A stretch of DNA of 64,000 nt from Candidatus Poribacteria bacterium (GCA_028820635.1 JAPPIG010000064.1:195074-259073); one strand, 5' to 3'; shown: positions 28,525-38,248, counted from the stretch's first letter. Program-made: numbers and translations. The notes: generated by a model from the sequence alone, not told the origin.

Positions 28525-29730
28525 GTGAAAAAGCAAAAAACGCGACATAAAAGGCAAGACGTTGCCAGCAAAAATACTAATCATAAAAAAAACGATAAAC
28601 GATTTGTCCTTGCCGGAGGTGGAACAGGCGGACATATCTATCCTGCCATTGGGATTGCCCAGGCCCTTCAACGCCTAAATCCAGAGGTAGACATAGTTTT
28701 TATCGGTGGGCGAGACCGCTTAGAATCAACGCTTGTTCCGCAACACGGTTTTCGGTTTCTACCCATTTCTGTTGAAGGATTTCCACGCAGCTTGACGTGG
28801 AAATGGTTTCCAGTTATCATAAAAGTCTGTCGTGGACTTGTACAATCGTTGAAATATCTTAGACAATTCCAGCCAAGTGTCGTTATTGGAACAGGTGGAT
28901 ATGTCTCTGGACCTGTTCTCTTTGCTGCTTCGCTTCTGGGTATCCCGATAGCGATACAGGAACAAAATGTGTCTCCCGGTTTAACAAATAGCATGCTGGC
29001 GCGTCGTGCCAAAGCAGCGTACCTCGCGTTACCACCAGATACTCAACGGTTTCCTAATCACATTGTGGAGATAACTGGTAATCCGATTCGAATCGGAATA
29101 ACGGATTATCCGCGTAATAACGAAACTTATCGAAAATTTAAATTATGTGAAGATCGCAAAACGGTATTCGTAATGGGAGGGAGTCAAGGTGCCCGTGCTA
29201 TTAATAAAGTGATGATAGAAGCGTGTCCATTAATTGCTAAATTTGCTGCATCTCTAATGTTGGAAACAGGTAGCACCAGCATGGGTAACCTCCAAATTGT
29301 ACATCAAACAGGAAAAACGGATGCGGAGCAAGTACAAACAGCCTATGCAGAACATGGAATAGCACATCATGTTCAACCATTCTTCGATCCTGTGGAAGAA
29401 ATATATAGTATCGCTGATGTAATGATTTGCAGAGCAGGTGGAATGACGGTATCTGAAGTTACCGCATGTGGTATTCCAGCAATTTTTATACCGCTACCTG
29501 CTGCCGTAGGTAATAACCAAGTTCGCAATGCTGAAACAGTGGCTAATGCAGGTGCTGCTGTCGTTCTTGAACAGGAAGAAGTAACACCTGAGGCACTTGT
29601 GAAAGAATTAATTCAAATAATTACAGATGAAAGTTCCTATCAACAAATGAAAACGGCAAGCCAGGATCTTGGTCGTCCGTATGCAAGTGATACGATTGCC
29701 GAATCAATTTTTAGGCTTGCATCTCCTTAA
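28525..29730 (+). CDS. murG: UDP-GlcNAc:lipid I GlcNAc transferase
   Basis: GGGTGGHIYPA G-loop and GT28 C-terminal domain. The ORF has a ~27-aa Lys/Arg-rich N-terminal extension, so the true start may be internal. Confidence 0.85.
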   Translation: MKKQKTRHKRQDVASKNTNHKKNDKRFVLAGGGTGGHIYPAIGIAQALQRLNPEVDIVFIGGRDRLESTLVPQHGFRFLPISVEGFPRSLTWKWFPVIIKVCRGLVQSLKYLRQFQPSVVIGTGGYVSGPVLFAASLLGIPIAIQEQNVSPGLTNSMLARRAKAAYLALPPDTQRFPNHIVEITGNPIRIGITDYPRNNETYRKFKLCEDRKTVFVMGGSQGARAINKVMIEACPLIAKFAASLMLETGSTSMGNLQIVHQTGKTDAEQVQTAYAEHGIAHHVQPFFDPVEEIYSIADVMICRAGGMTVSEVTACGIPAIFIPLPAAVGNNQVRNAETVANAGAAVVLEQEEVTPEALVKELIQIITDESSYQQMKTASQDLGRPYASDTIAESIFRLASP

Positions 29731-29791
29731 AAACATAAAAGAAATAAACAGTATTGCTAATTTAATTTTAGTATTGTACTGGAGATTAGCA

Positions 29792-31162
29792 TTGTTTGGA
29801 AAGACACAACACATTCATATAATAGGTATCGGTGGAGCTGGGTTGAGTGGAATCGCTGAAGTTCTTCTTGATCTCGATTTTGATGTCACGGGTTCGGACA
29901 TTGTAAAATCAACAACTACGGAACATCTTAAGGCATGTGGTGCCAAAATCTGGTATGGTCATGCATCCTCCCAAGTTAACGGAGCAGACGTAGTGGTCAT
30001 GTCACCAGCTATTCCGGAGGACAACCCAGAATTACAAGCTGCAATGCTTGCCAAAATACCGATTATTCGTGGAGCTGAAATGTTGAATGAGATAACACGA
30101 ATGCGGTATAGCGTTGCTGTCAGTGGTACTCATGGAAAAACAACAACAACTGCAATGACAGCGGCTGTGTTAGCCACACTCGACCCAACGGTCGTTGTTG
30201 GTGGCAAATTAGTCAATGGAAGTAACGCACGGAGTGGACACGGCGATGTGATGGTAATTGAAGCAGATGAGGCGTACGGGTCAATTGAAATGTTCTACCC
30301 TACTATCGCTGTTGTCACATCTGTTGATGCGGATCACCTTGACTACTACAATAACGTAGAAGAAATCGGTAAAACCTTTCTAACATTTATCAACAAAGTT
30401 CCGTTTTATGGTTCAGCCGTGTTGTGTCTCGACCAAGAAAACATCCAAAAGCTTATTCCACAAGTAGAGAAAAAATTTGTGACATACGGTCTCGAAACGA
30501 GAGCAGACCTGATTGCCGAAGAAATTAAGATTGACGGACCGACTTCACATTATCAAGTTCGTATGAACGATGAAGTTTACGGTAATGTACATCTTAAAAT
30601 GCCCGGACGGCATAATATTGCAAACTCCTTAGCTGCAATCGCAGTAGGACTTGAATTAGAGATTCCTTTTGAAAAAATCCAGGGCGCGCTTGAATCTTTT
30701 CAAGGTGTGCATCGTCGATTTGAAGTGTTAGGAACTGTAGATAATATAGTCGTTGTTGACGACTATGCACATAACCCCGCAAAACTTATGGCAGCACTCC
30801 GAGGTGCAAGAGAAGGTTATAATAGACGAATTGTGGCTGTTTTTCAACCACATCGATACGGACGCGTACGAGATCTCGCAGATGAGTTTAGCAGATCATT
30901 TTATCAAGCAGATGTCCTGATTGTTACGTCAATCTACGGGGCAGGCGAAGAACCGATAGAAAATGTAACAGGGGAAAACTTAGCTCGTGCAATAGAAGCA
31001 CACGGACATACACATGTAATTTATGAATCTGATATGGATGAAGCAGTTGAACGTCTGATGCAAATTACGCGACCTAATGATTTAGTCATCACGCTCGGGG
31101 CAGGCGATGTAGTGAATGTAGGACACAAATTTTTAAGCAAACGTGCATCGGAAATACGCTAA
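29792..31162 (+). CDS. murC: UDP-MurNAc:L-Ala ligase
   Basis: HIHIIGIGGAGLSGIAEVL and GTHGKTTTT. The ORF-track start at 29669 overlaps murG. An in-frame TTG at 29792 with GGAG 7 nt upstream gives a canonical MurC N-terminus. Confidence 0.8.
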   Translation: MFGKTQHIHIIGIGGAGLSGIAEVLLDLDFDVTGSDIVKSTTTEHLKACGAKIWYGHASSQVNGADVVVMSPAIPEDNPELQAAMLAKIPIIRGAEMLNEITRMRYSVAVSGTHGKTTTTAMTAAVLATLDPTVVVGGKLVNGSNARSGHGDVMVIEADEAYGSIEMFYPTIAVVTSVDADHLDYYNNVEEIGKTFLTFINKVPFYGSAVLCLDQENIQKLIPQVEKKFVTYGLETRADLIAEEIKIDGPTSHYQVRMNDEVYGNVHLKMPGRHNIANSLAAIAVGLELEIPFEKIQGALESFQGVHRRFEVLGTVDNIVVVDDYAHNPAKLMAALRGAREGYNRRIVAVFQPHRYGRVRDLADEFSRSFYQADVLIVTSIYGAGEEPIENVTGENLARAIEAHGHTHVIYESDMDEAVERLMQITRPNDLVITLGAGDVVNVGHKFLSKRASEIR

Positions 31163-32126
31163 AATGTTAATGAAACTTGAAAGAAAACGTAGACGGAGAA
31201 AAGATGGTCCATCTCACCGAATTTTTAAACCGATACGGAGCCGTGCACCAAAATACCGCGCTCGACGGATGTTCATATTGGGAACTTTCATCGTAACTTT
31301 ATTGTTTTTAGCGAAAATACTTCTCGGATTTTTCGATTTTGAACACGTACAAGTGTCCGTAGCACTTTTCGGTAATTCGCATTATACGGAAGGGGAAATT
31401 TACAATGTATTAGGCGAAAACCTTGATAATATCGTCACAGATTCCGAAGCACAAACTGTTGCATATCTAAAGGAAAATCTGAGTTACATTAAGGATGCTT
31501 ACGTTTCGAGAAGTTTTGTAAAACGGCAATTGACGATTGAAATTACTGAGCGTCAACCGTTTGCACGGGTAAAACATCTCTTTTTGAAAGAATCGAAATC
31601 AAAAAAAGAGTCTCAAAAAACAACAGGAAGGAAAAGCACGGATGAATTTTTTTTGATAGATGGTGCAGGTTATGTGTTAGAATCTATTACACCAGAAAAA
31701 TATCACCACATGACAATCGTTCTGGATGAAGGGATACAGGAGCCTGAAGTTGGTAAACAGATTAAAACTGACACAACTCAACTTGGGATTCACATTCTGA
31801 AGTTAGCGAAATTAAAAGAACCTGAACTGGCAAAATACCTCAAAACCATTGATGCGCGAGTTCCGCAGAAAATTAAAATTAACGTAGAGAGTTTGCCGAT
31901 GTCAGTGTGGATTGCCGCAGATTTGATTGAAACCGGACTTCACAATGTTGGGTTGTTTGTCCAACAACGAGGACTCCTTATCCTTCAGAGAGAAAGACAA
32001 ATGGAAAAGGTAAAGACATTGACAAAAACACGTGTAGGCAAAAAGGATTTCCTCTTGCCAGAAAATTTTACGTATTTGGATGTACGATATGAAGATACAC
32101 TTTATTTAGGAGGTGAAGGCAAATAG
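31143..32126 (+). CDS. ftsQ: cell division protein FtsQ/DivIB (POTRA domain)
   Basis: Basic cytoplasmic N-terminus, one TM, then a POTRA-like segment VQVSVALFGNSHYTEGEI...IEITERQPFARV. Confidence 0.7.
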   Translation: MHRKYAKMLMKLERKRRRRKDGPSHRIFKPIRSRAPKYRARRMFILGTFIVTLLFLAKILLGFFDFEHVQVSVALFGNSHYTEGEIYNVLGENLDNIVTDSEAQTVAYLKENLSYIKDAYVSRSFVKRQLTIEITERQPFARVKHLFLKESKSKKESQKTTGRKSTDEFFLIDGAGYVLESITPEKYHHMTIVLDEGIQEPEVGKQIKTDTTQLGIHILKLAKLKEPELAKYLKTIDARVPQKIKINVESLPMSVWIAADLIETGLHNVGLFVQQRGLLILQRERQMEKVKTLTKTRVGKKDFLLPENFTYLDVRYEDTLYLGGEGK

Positions 32127-33362
32127 ATGGCAAAAGGAACCATTATTACTGGATTAGATATCGGCTCAAGTAAGATCTCGGTTGTAGCATGCCACACCTT
32201 ACCGAGTCTGGATGGCCAGATGGAGATTATTGGTGTCGGCAGTGCTGAATCAAAGGGCTTACGAAGAGGTGTCGTCGTTGACATCAATCTCACTGCAGAA
32301 GCAATTCGTGAGGCAATTTCCGAAGCAGAACTCATGGCAGGTGTAAACATCGAGTCGGTATGTTTAAACGTTTCAGGTGAGCATGTTGTTGGACAAACGT
32401 CACGCGGTGTGGTAACTGTAAAAAATGCTGCACAAATCACAAAGGATGATGTAGATCGGGCAATGCAGTCGGCAAGAACAATTGCTGCTATCCCTGAGGG
32501 GCATGACATTCTGCACGTGCTTGAGCAAAACTTTGTTATTGACATGGACATGCGGACCAAGGAACCGATTGGAATGTCAGGGTCGCGTTTAGAAGCAAAT
32601 GCGTATATAATTACTGGAAACACAAGTGGAATTCAAAGTCTGTTAAACAGCGTTGAAAGTGCAGAAATTCCAAGTGTGGAAACACTTGCTGTCGCCCCAG
32701 TCGCATCAGCAAAATCTGTTCTCCAGAGAGACGAACGGGAAGTCGGAATCACACTTGTAGATATCGGAGACCAAACCACAGAAATCATTGTCTACAAAGA
32801 AGATGCTATTGAACATGTAGTTGTATTTCCTGTAGGTGGACAACATGTAACAAACGACATCGCCCAATATTTAAAAGTGACGTTACCTATGGCGGAAGAA
32901 CTGAAACTTCACCGAGGATGCGCATGGACAGAGTGGGTACAAGAAGATGATACTAACCCTATCCCGATTACTACAGGTTCAGCGCCGCCTAAGTTTATCA
33001 GCCGTTTAGAATTAGCACAAATCATTGAATATCGAATGGTACAGATTCTTGAAGGAATAGCTAACGAACTCGGAGATATGCAACTTCCCGGTGGACTTGT
33101 GTTAACGGGAGGAACAGCACTCATGGATGGTTTGGCAGAACTCGCTGAACAAATCCTGCAACTCCGTGTACAAATAGGATATCCTATAGAACTAAAGGGA
33201 TTGACAGACAGGATAAATTATCCAATGTATGCCACGAGTCTTGGATTAGCAATGTACGGAGAATCTTTGCGGCGTGAAGAAAAACAGGTACAAGCATTGA
33301 GACGAGGTTCAAGTCCAATTGGTGGATTTTTCCGTCGTATAAAGGAATGGTTCGGCTATTAG
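32127..33362 (+). CDS. ftsA: cell division protein FtsA
   Basis: Actin-like ATPase: IITGLDIGSSKISVVA, VLTGGTALMDGL. Confidence 0.9.
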   Translation: MAKGTIITGLDIGSSKISVVACHTLPSLDGQMEIIGVGSAESKGLRRGVVVDINLTAEAIREAISEAELMAGVNIESVCLNVSGEHVVGQTSRGVVTVKNAAQITKDDVDRAMQSARTIAAIPEGHDILHVLEQNFVIDMDMRTKEPIGMSGSRLEANAYIITGNTSGIQSLLNSVESAEIPSVETLAVAPVASAKSVLQRDEREVGITLVDIGDQTTEIIVYKEDAIEHVVVFPVGGQHVTNDIAQYLKVTLPMAEELKLHRGCAWTEWVQEDDTNPIPITTGSAPPKFISRLELAQIIEYRMVQILEGIANELGDMQLPGGLVLTGGTALMDGLAELAEQILQLRVQIGYPIELKGLTDRINYPMYATSLGLAMYGESLRREEKQVQALRRGSSPIGGFFRRIKEWFGY

Positions 33363-33527
33363 GCTGTAAAAATCTATTACGATAATTTGCTTTTTATATT
33401 TCGGAATAACGGTAAGAAACAAAGTGTTTCGCAATATACAAGCCTGGATAGCAAGATTTAAATCGTGAGAACCCAGTCAAGACTCAAAGAAAATTTAATA
33501 TATACACCCTTTTTATCATTCATTATA

Positions 33528-33556
33528 TTGATTTAATTCTAAATTATTTGTATAAT
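33528..33556 (+). promoter_or_regulatory. candidate sigma70 promoter in the ftsA-ftsZ spacer
   Basis: TTGATT at 33528-33, 17-nt spacer, TATAAT at 33551-56. About 400 nt upstream of ftsZ, which implies a long leader. Confidence 0.35.
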
Positions 33557-33953
33557 AAAATAATATAATTACTAATTGATGAATAAAGCACGGAAGGAAG
33601 TATATACCTTTGTTTATTGAAGGTAAGTTAAAATATTTTAACAACGAGATAGGAAAGTTGCAATCTCACTTTTAGCGTGTGGTTGCTTGAGTGACGCGCT
33701 GTGTGTAGAATTCATTATCGGGACGTATTGACACCGAAGGGAGTTCGGTGGAGTCAAGATTCGTGTAAAAAGATATTGGTAAACTACACGAGTGTAAATT
33801 ACACACTGAAATAGTGTTTTCAGCATGAAGTGCTTATACAGAAGGAGGAATTAGGTTGCCGTTGGTTAGACAACGTTCCACAAAATGAAACGTAAGTTAT
33901 AATGCTGCGGAGGCACCGAAGGATGTGTTGTCCACAGGTGACTGAAATAAAAA

Positions 33954-35285
33954 ATGATAGATTTTGAACAAGAAGAATTTGAAAAAGCGAATGCGAAAAT
34001 AAAGGTTATCGGGGTAGGTGGAGCAGGCGGAAACGCTGTCAGACGGATGATCGAAGCAGCACTTACCGGCATAGAGTTTTATGCCGTTAATACCGACGCG
34101 CAAGCACTTAGTGCATGCCATGGTGCCACACCAATTCAGATTGGAATGAATATAACTAATGGGTTAGGGGCAGGAGCCAATCCCGAGGTAGGTAAAGAGG
34201 CGGCTCAGGAAGACCGTGAGTGTTTACAAGAAATAGTTGATTCTGCCAACATGGTTTTTGTCGCTGCCGGAATGGGTGGCGGCACAGGCACAGGCGCAGC
34301 ACCAATTATCGCAGGTCTTGCGAAGGAAAAGGGTGCTTTAACAGTTGGGGTAGTCACGCGACCATTTGATTTTGAAGGAAAACATCGCGCAGAAAAAGCT
34401 GAAATAGGGTTGAAAGATCTCAGAGACAGCGCGGATTCAGTCATCGTAGTTCCTAACCAACGTTTGATTGACACCATAGATAGAAAACTACCGATCCCTG
34501 AAGCATTTAAGAAGGGTGATGAGATCCTGTTACATGCTGTTCAGAGTATCTCCGATATTATAACCGAAACAGGTGAAATTAATGTTGATTTTGCCGATGT
34601 GGAAACAGTTATGCGAGATGCAGGAACAGCCTTGATGGGAATGGGCAGCGCAGTAGGAGATAATCGGGCTCAAGTCGCAGCATCAGAAGCTATCTCCTCA
34701 CCTCTACTCGAAGAAACCAGCATAGCAGGTGCTGTTGGGATGATTGTTAATATCACCTCTCCCCCAAATTTTACGATGCACGAATTGGGTGAAACCATGA
34801 AAGTCATCACAGATGTATGTGAAGATGCACAACCGATATTTGGTTTAGTTTACAAGGAGGAATTGGAACTTAGCGATGAGGTGTTGGTCACTGTAATTGC
34901 TACAGGCTTTGATCCGCCGACAGATGCAGATTATGTTCCAAACCAAGGTGGCAGATTCCACCCACAAGGTACACAACCTAATCCGATGTTGCAAGGTAGT
35001 CGCGTCCGAAATACTGAGGCAGGCACTGCAGGGCGGCCTCAACAGACTACGCAGCGTCCAGCTTGGAACAGGCAGCCACAAGGGAGAGGGAACGAGGGAA
35101 CAACTGGTTCCGCTACTCAAGTTCCCGCGAATCGCCAAAATACCTCGCCTCAGCCTGTAGGACAAGAAAAACCGGAAAATAATGATGATGAAACCAATGA
35201 TGAACAAAATCAAGACCGTGAAAAACAGTGGGACATCCCCGCATTTCTCCGGGTTCAACAGAAAAGGGACAAACGTAGAAATTAA
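33954..35285 (+). CDS. ftsZ: cell division GTPase FtsZ with long Q/P/G/T-rich C-terminal linker
   Basis: GVGGAGGNAV and GGGTGTGAAP tubulin signature. About 120-aa disordered linker before the C-terminal DIPAFLR peptide. Confidence 0.95.
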   Translation: MIDFEQEEFEKANAKIKVIGVGGAGGNAVRRMIEAALTGIEFYAVNTDAQALSACHGATPIQIGMNITNGLGAGANPEVGKEAAQEDRECLQEIVDSANMVFVAAGMGGGTGTGAAPIIAGLAKEKGALTVGVVTRPFDFEGKHRAEKAEIGLKDLRDSADSVIVVPNQRLIDTIDRKLPIPEAFKKGDEILLHAVQSISDIITETGEINVDFADVETVMRDAGTALMGMGSAVGDNRAQVAASEAISSPLLEETSIAGAVGMIVNITSPPNFTMHELGETMKVITDVCEDAQPIFGLVYKEELELSDEVLVTVIATGFDPPTDADYVPNQGGRFHPQGTQPNPMLQGSRVRNTEAGTAGRPQQTTQRPAWNRQPQGRGNEGTTGSATQVPANRQNTSPQPVGQEKPENNDDETNDEQNQDREKQWDIPAFLRVQQKRDKRRN

Positions 35286-35339
35286 TTCTATAATATCCTT
35301 ATCTGATTCTATATATGCTTATACTTAAGAGGAATTGAA

Positions 35340-37082
35340 TTGGATTTACGCGAGCATACGCAGCAGCTACTAAAAACCGAAAAGTACGCGTTGCCAAGTC
35401 AAAACAAACGGACTCGGTTCAGGAAGCCAAATAGATTTGCCTTAGTTTATCCAAGCACGTATGAACTTGGTATGTCCAGTTTGGGCGTTCAGGTTATCCA
35501 TGCTACGCTAAACAGTCGTAAAGATACTGCGTGTGAACGCGTCTTTATACCAGAACCTCAATATGTCCGCGAACTGATAAAGAAGAAGATACCTCTCTTC
35601 TCGTTAGAGACGCAAACCGCACTTCACGCGTTTGATATCGTCGGATTTTCTGTCTCATTTGAATCTGACTATGTCAATATCCCACGTACTTTGGAATTAG
35701 GCAACATACCGCCCCTGGCTGAAGAACGCTCAGAATGGGATCCGCTTGTTGTTGCGGGTGGAATTAATATCTCTTATAATCCAGAACCGTTGGCTGATTT
35801 CATTGATGTCTTTGTAGTAGGTGAGGCTGAATTGATTATCCATCAACTGATGGATAAATTCCACGAATGGAAGATGTCAAACGCTCCCAAAGCAGATCTA
35901 TTAAAATCACTTGGTGCAGAACCGGGACTGTATGTGCCAAGTTTTTACGATGTCACATACCATGCCGATGGGAAGGTTCAACAGGTTAATCCGAAGCAAG
36001 GGATGCCTGAGAAAATTCGTTCCGCAGCAGTCCCCGACCTAAATAGTGTAGAAACTTGCACGCAGATTCATACCCCTAACACTGAGTTTTCAAATGCACA
36101 TTTAATTGAAATTGTCCGGGGATGTGGTAGACAGTGTCGCTTCTGTGTGGCAGATTACGCAAGGCGATGGCCGAGACACCGATCCGTCCAAAATACACTT
36201 GCACTGGCAGAAAAAGCAAGAGGGATTACGGATAGGATTGGATTAGTAGGGGCATCCATCTCCGACCATCCGCAGATTAATGAGATCGCTACAGGTTTAG
36301 TTGATAGAGGATTCCGTATCTCGTGTGCGTCGCTCCGCGCTGAAACTGTTGAAGCGCCACTCCTTGACGCGCTTGCTGACAGTGATCAAGGCACAATTAC
36401 AATCGCTCCCGAAGTGGCAACCGAGGAACTTCAAAAGGTTGTAAATAAAGCAATTCCCCGCGAACGACTCTACTATGTTTTTGAAGAGGCATTGAAACGT
36501 GATATTCTTAACCTCCGCCTATATTTTCTTATTGGTGTCCCTCAGGAAACACCTGCAGATGTTACAGCAATTGCAGAAATGGCAAAAGAGATGCGAACAA
36601 TTCTGCTTCCACATGCCAAACGGACAGGAAAAATAGGACGTATCAGTTTTACGATTTCACCAATGGTACCAAAGCCACATACTCCGTTTCAATGGGTAGC
36701 AATGGAACCACCAAAGACTATCGCCAAGAAACTTGACTATCTGAAACGAGAGATTAACAGTCTTGGCAGTATAAAGGTATCGTCTGCAAGTGCACGGATG
36801 GCACATCAAGAAGCTGTTTTTGCACGCGGTGATCGCCGTCTCGGCAAAGTTATATTGGAACTTTCCCAAGGAACATCGTGGAATAACGCTTTCCGAAAAC
36901 ACGGATTATCTCCTGATTTTTACGCACTGCGTCAACGTGAATTTAACGAAGTTAACCCATGGGATCACCTTGACCTTAACGTTAAACCTCAATTTTTACA
37001 ACTTGAATTCAATAAGCACGAAAAAGGTTTTATGACCAGCGAATGTGACACCACAGTTTGTAAGAAATGTGGTGCTTGCTAA
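35340..37082 (+). CDS. B12-binding-domain / radical SAM family protein
   Basis: TTG start with RBS AAGAGGA. CGRQCRFC (Cx3Cx2C) radical-SAM cluster motif, plus a C-terminal extra Cys cluster CDTTVCKKCGAC. Confidence 0.75.
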   Translation: MDLREHTQQLLKTEKYALPSQNKRTRFRKPNRFALVYPSTYELGMSSLGVQVIHATLNSRKDTACERVFIPEPQYVRELIKKKIPLFSLETQTALHAFDIVGFSVSFESDYVNIPRTLELGNIPPLAEERSEWDPLVVAGGINISYNPEPLADFIDVFVVGEAELIIHQLMDKFHEWKMSNAPKADLLKSLGAEPGLYVPSFYDVTYHADGKVQQVNPKQGMPEKIRSAAVPDLNSVETCTQIHTPNTEFSNAHLIEIVRGCGRQCRFCVADYARRWPRHRSVQNTLALAEKARGITDRIGLVGASISDHPQINEIATGLVDRGFRISCASLRAETVEAPLLDALADSDQGTITIAPEVATEELQKVVNKAIPRERLYYVFEEALKRDILNLRLYFLIGVPQETPADVTAIAEMAKEMRTILLPHAKRTGKIGRISFTISPMVPKPHTPFQWVAMEPPKTIAKKLDYLKREINSLGSIKVSSASARMAHQEAVFARGDRRLGKVILELSQGTSWNNAFRKHGLSPDFYALRQREFNEVNPWDHLDLNVKPQFLQLEFNKHEKGFMTSECDTTVCKKCGAC

Positions 37083-37163
37083 ACAATTTGCTGTGTTTAA
37101 GTAGATTTTGGAAAACATCCAATAAAAAAGAATAATTAAACCTGTTTTAAGGAGGATACAGTT

Positions 37164-37940
37164 GTGCGCAAATTTCTACAATTTACAACGGGACTCGCTG
37201 CAATATTGATGCTGTTTATTATCGTCTCACCATCGTATGCGGGTTTGGACGATAAATCGCTCGTATTATACCTTTCCTTTGATGAAGGCAAGGGGGGCAC
37301 TGCCAAAGATAGCTCTGAATATGGACATGATGGCGAACTTATCAAAGATCCTACATGGGTTGATGGACAATTTGGTGGCAAGGCACTTGAGTTTGATGGT
37401 ACAAAAGGACAATATGTTATGGTACCTATTAACGATACTTTACAGCTAAGAGAACAGTTTACCATAGCATTTTGGGTCAAACGTGGAAATCAACAAATTC
37501 GGGCATGGAACTATATGGTTTCTGCTGGTTCACTTGTCTGGGCAACTATTTTTAATAACGATAATAAAAAAACTTATCTCTATTCCAAAGATCCAGGTTG
37601 GTCTCCAGAAGCTATTTCTGATGTAGAGCAACCTGAAGATTGGGTACATATTACTGTAACACATGATCCTAAATCTGAGTCTGCAATTTACTATGATGGT
37701 GATAAAGTCGGATCTGATAATAACCCGGCCCAAATCATTGAGATTGACGGTTCTATTATGGTTGGGGCAAGGCACCCTGGTCAGGAATTTTTTACTGGTA
37801 TAATTGATGAGGTGCATCTCTTTAATAGAGTCATTACCGAAGACGAGATGAGTACAATTATTAATGGTGAATTTACACCGGTAGAACCTGCGGAGAAATT
37901 GGCTACAACGTGGGGTGTCATTAAAATGGAACGCCACTGA
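37164..37940 (+). CDS. secreted LamG-domain protein, paralog 3
   Basis: GTG start after AAGGAGG. Signal peptide ...LMLFIIVSPSYA, LVLYLSFDEGKGG motif, C-terminal tail PVEPAEKLATTWGVIKMERH. Confidence 0.8.
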   Translation: MRKFLQFTTGLAAILMLFIIVSPSYAGLDDKSLVLYLSFDEGKGGTAKDSSEYGHDGELIKDPTWVDGQFGGKALEFDGTKGQYVMVPINDTLQLREQFTIAFWVKRGNQQIRAWNYMVSAGSLVWATIFNNDNKKTYLYSKDPGWSPEAISDVEQPEDWVHITVTHDPKSESAIYYDGDKVGSDNNPAQIIEIDGSIMVGARHPGQEFFTGIIDEVHLFNRVITEDEMSTIINGEFTPVEPAEKLATTWGVIKMERH

Positions 37941-37951
37941 TAGGTTAGGTA

Positions 37952-37990
37952 AAATAGGGCAGAGAGTACTCTCTGCCCTATTTTAGTTAA
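37952..37990 (+). terminator. rho-independent terminator after LamG paralog 3
   Basis: Perfect 15-bp stem AAATAGGGCAGAGAG / CTCTGCCCTATTT with loop tact, then TTTTAG. Confidence 0.75.
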
Positions 37991-38135
37991 TTGGCTGGTA
38001 TTCCTATATTTGTAGTAGAATCCAAAAATACGTAGACCCCTGATAAATGCAGTTTCCTAACCTCGCCTATACAGAATGTACAAATAATTCAAAATCCAAC
38101 CGTAAAACTAATGCTTTGTCTACCTATTATTGTGG

Positions 38136-38201
38136 GTCGCGATTCGGAGATCGCTCCTACAGAAGTCTTGTGTATTGTAGGAGGGAACTCCGATTCCCGA
38201 C
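38136..38201. repeat. palindromic intergenic repeat element, copy 1 (arms A-spacer-B)
   Basis: GTCGCGATTCGGAGATCGCTCCTACAG ...13 nt... TGTAGGAGGGAACTCCGATTCCCGAC. The arms are imperfect reverse complements. The spurious ORF 38047..38235 (..RFGDRSYRSLVYCRRELRFPT..) is a translation of it. Confidence 0.7.
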
Positions 38202-38248
38202 TACATTCAAGAACCATCAATTAACACTTGACTAAGCACTAAATCAAT

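Noticed and set aside
29669-29791. murC ORF-track start overlapping murG by 62 nt
   Set aside because: The upstream 41 codons do not match the MurC N-terminus. The in-frame TTG at 29792 with a GGAG RBS yields the canonical HIHIIGIGGAGLSGIA start, so the long overlap is probably read-through of an open frame.
33638-34121. Minus-strand ORFs (62-74 aa) in the ftsA-ftsZ spacer
   Set aside because: Low-complexity translations with no RBS. The region is better explained as the ftsZ promoter and leader on the plus strand.
38047-38235. 62-aa ORF (…YYCGSRFGDRSYRSLVYCRRELRFPTTFKNHQLTLD) and its look-alike 61618..61899 (93 aa)
   Set aside because: Their shared peptide RFGDRSYR.L.YCRRELRFPT is the in-frame translation of the palindromic repeat element. 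They are repeat artefacts, not paralogous genes.
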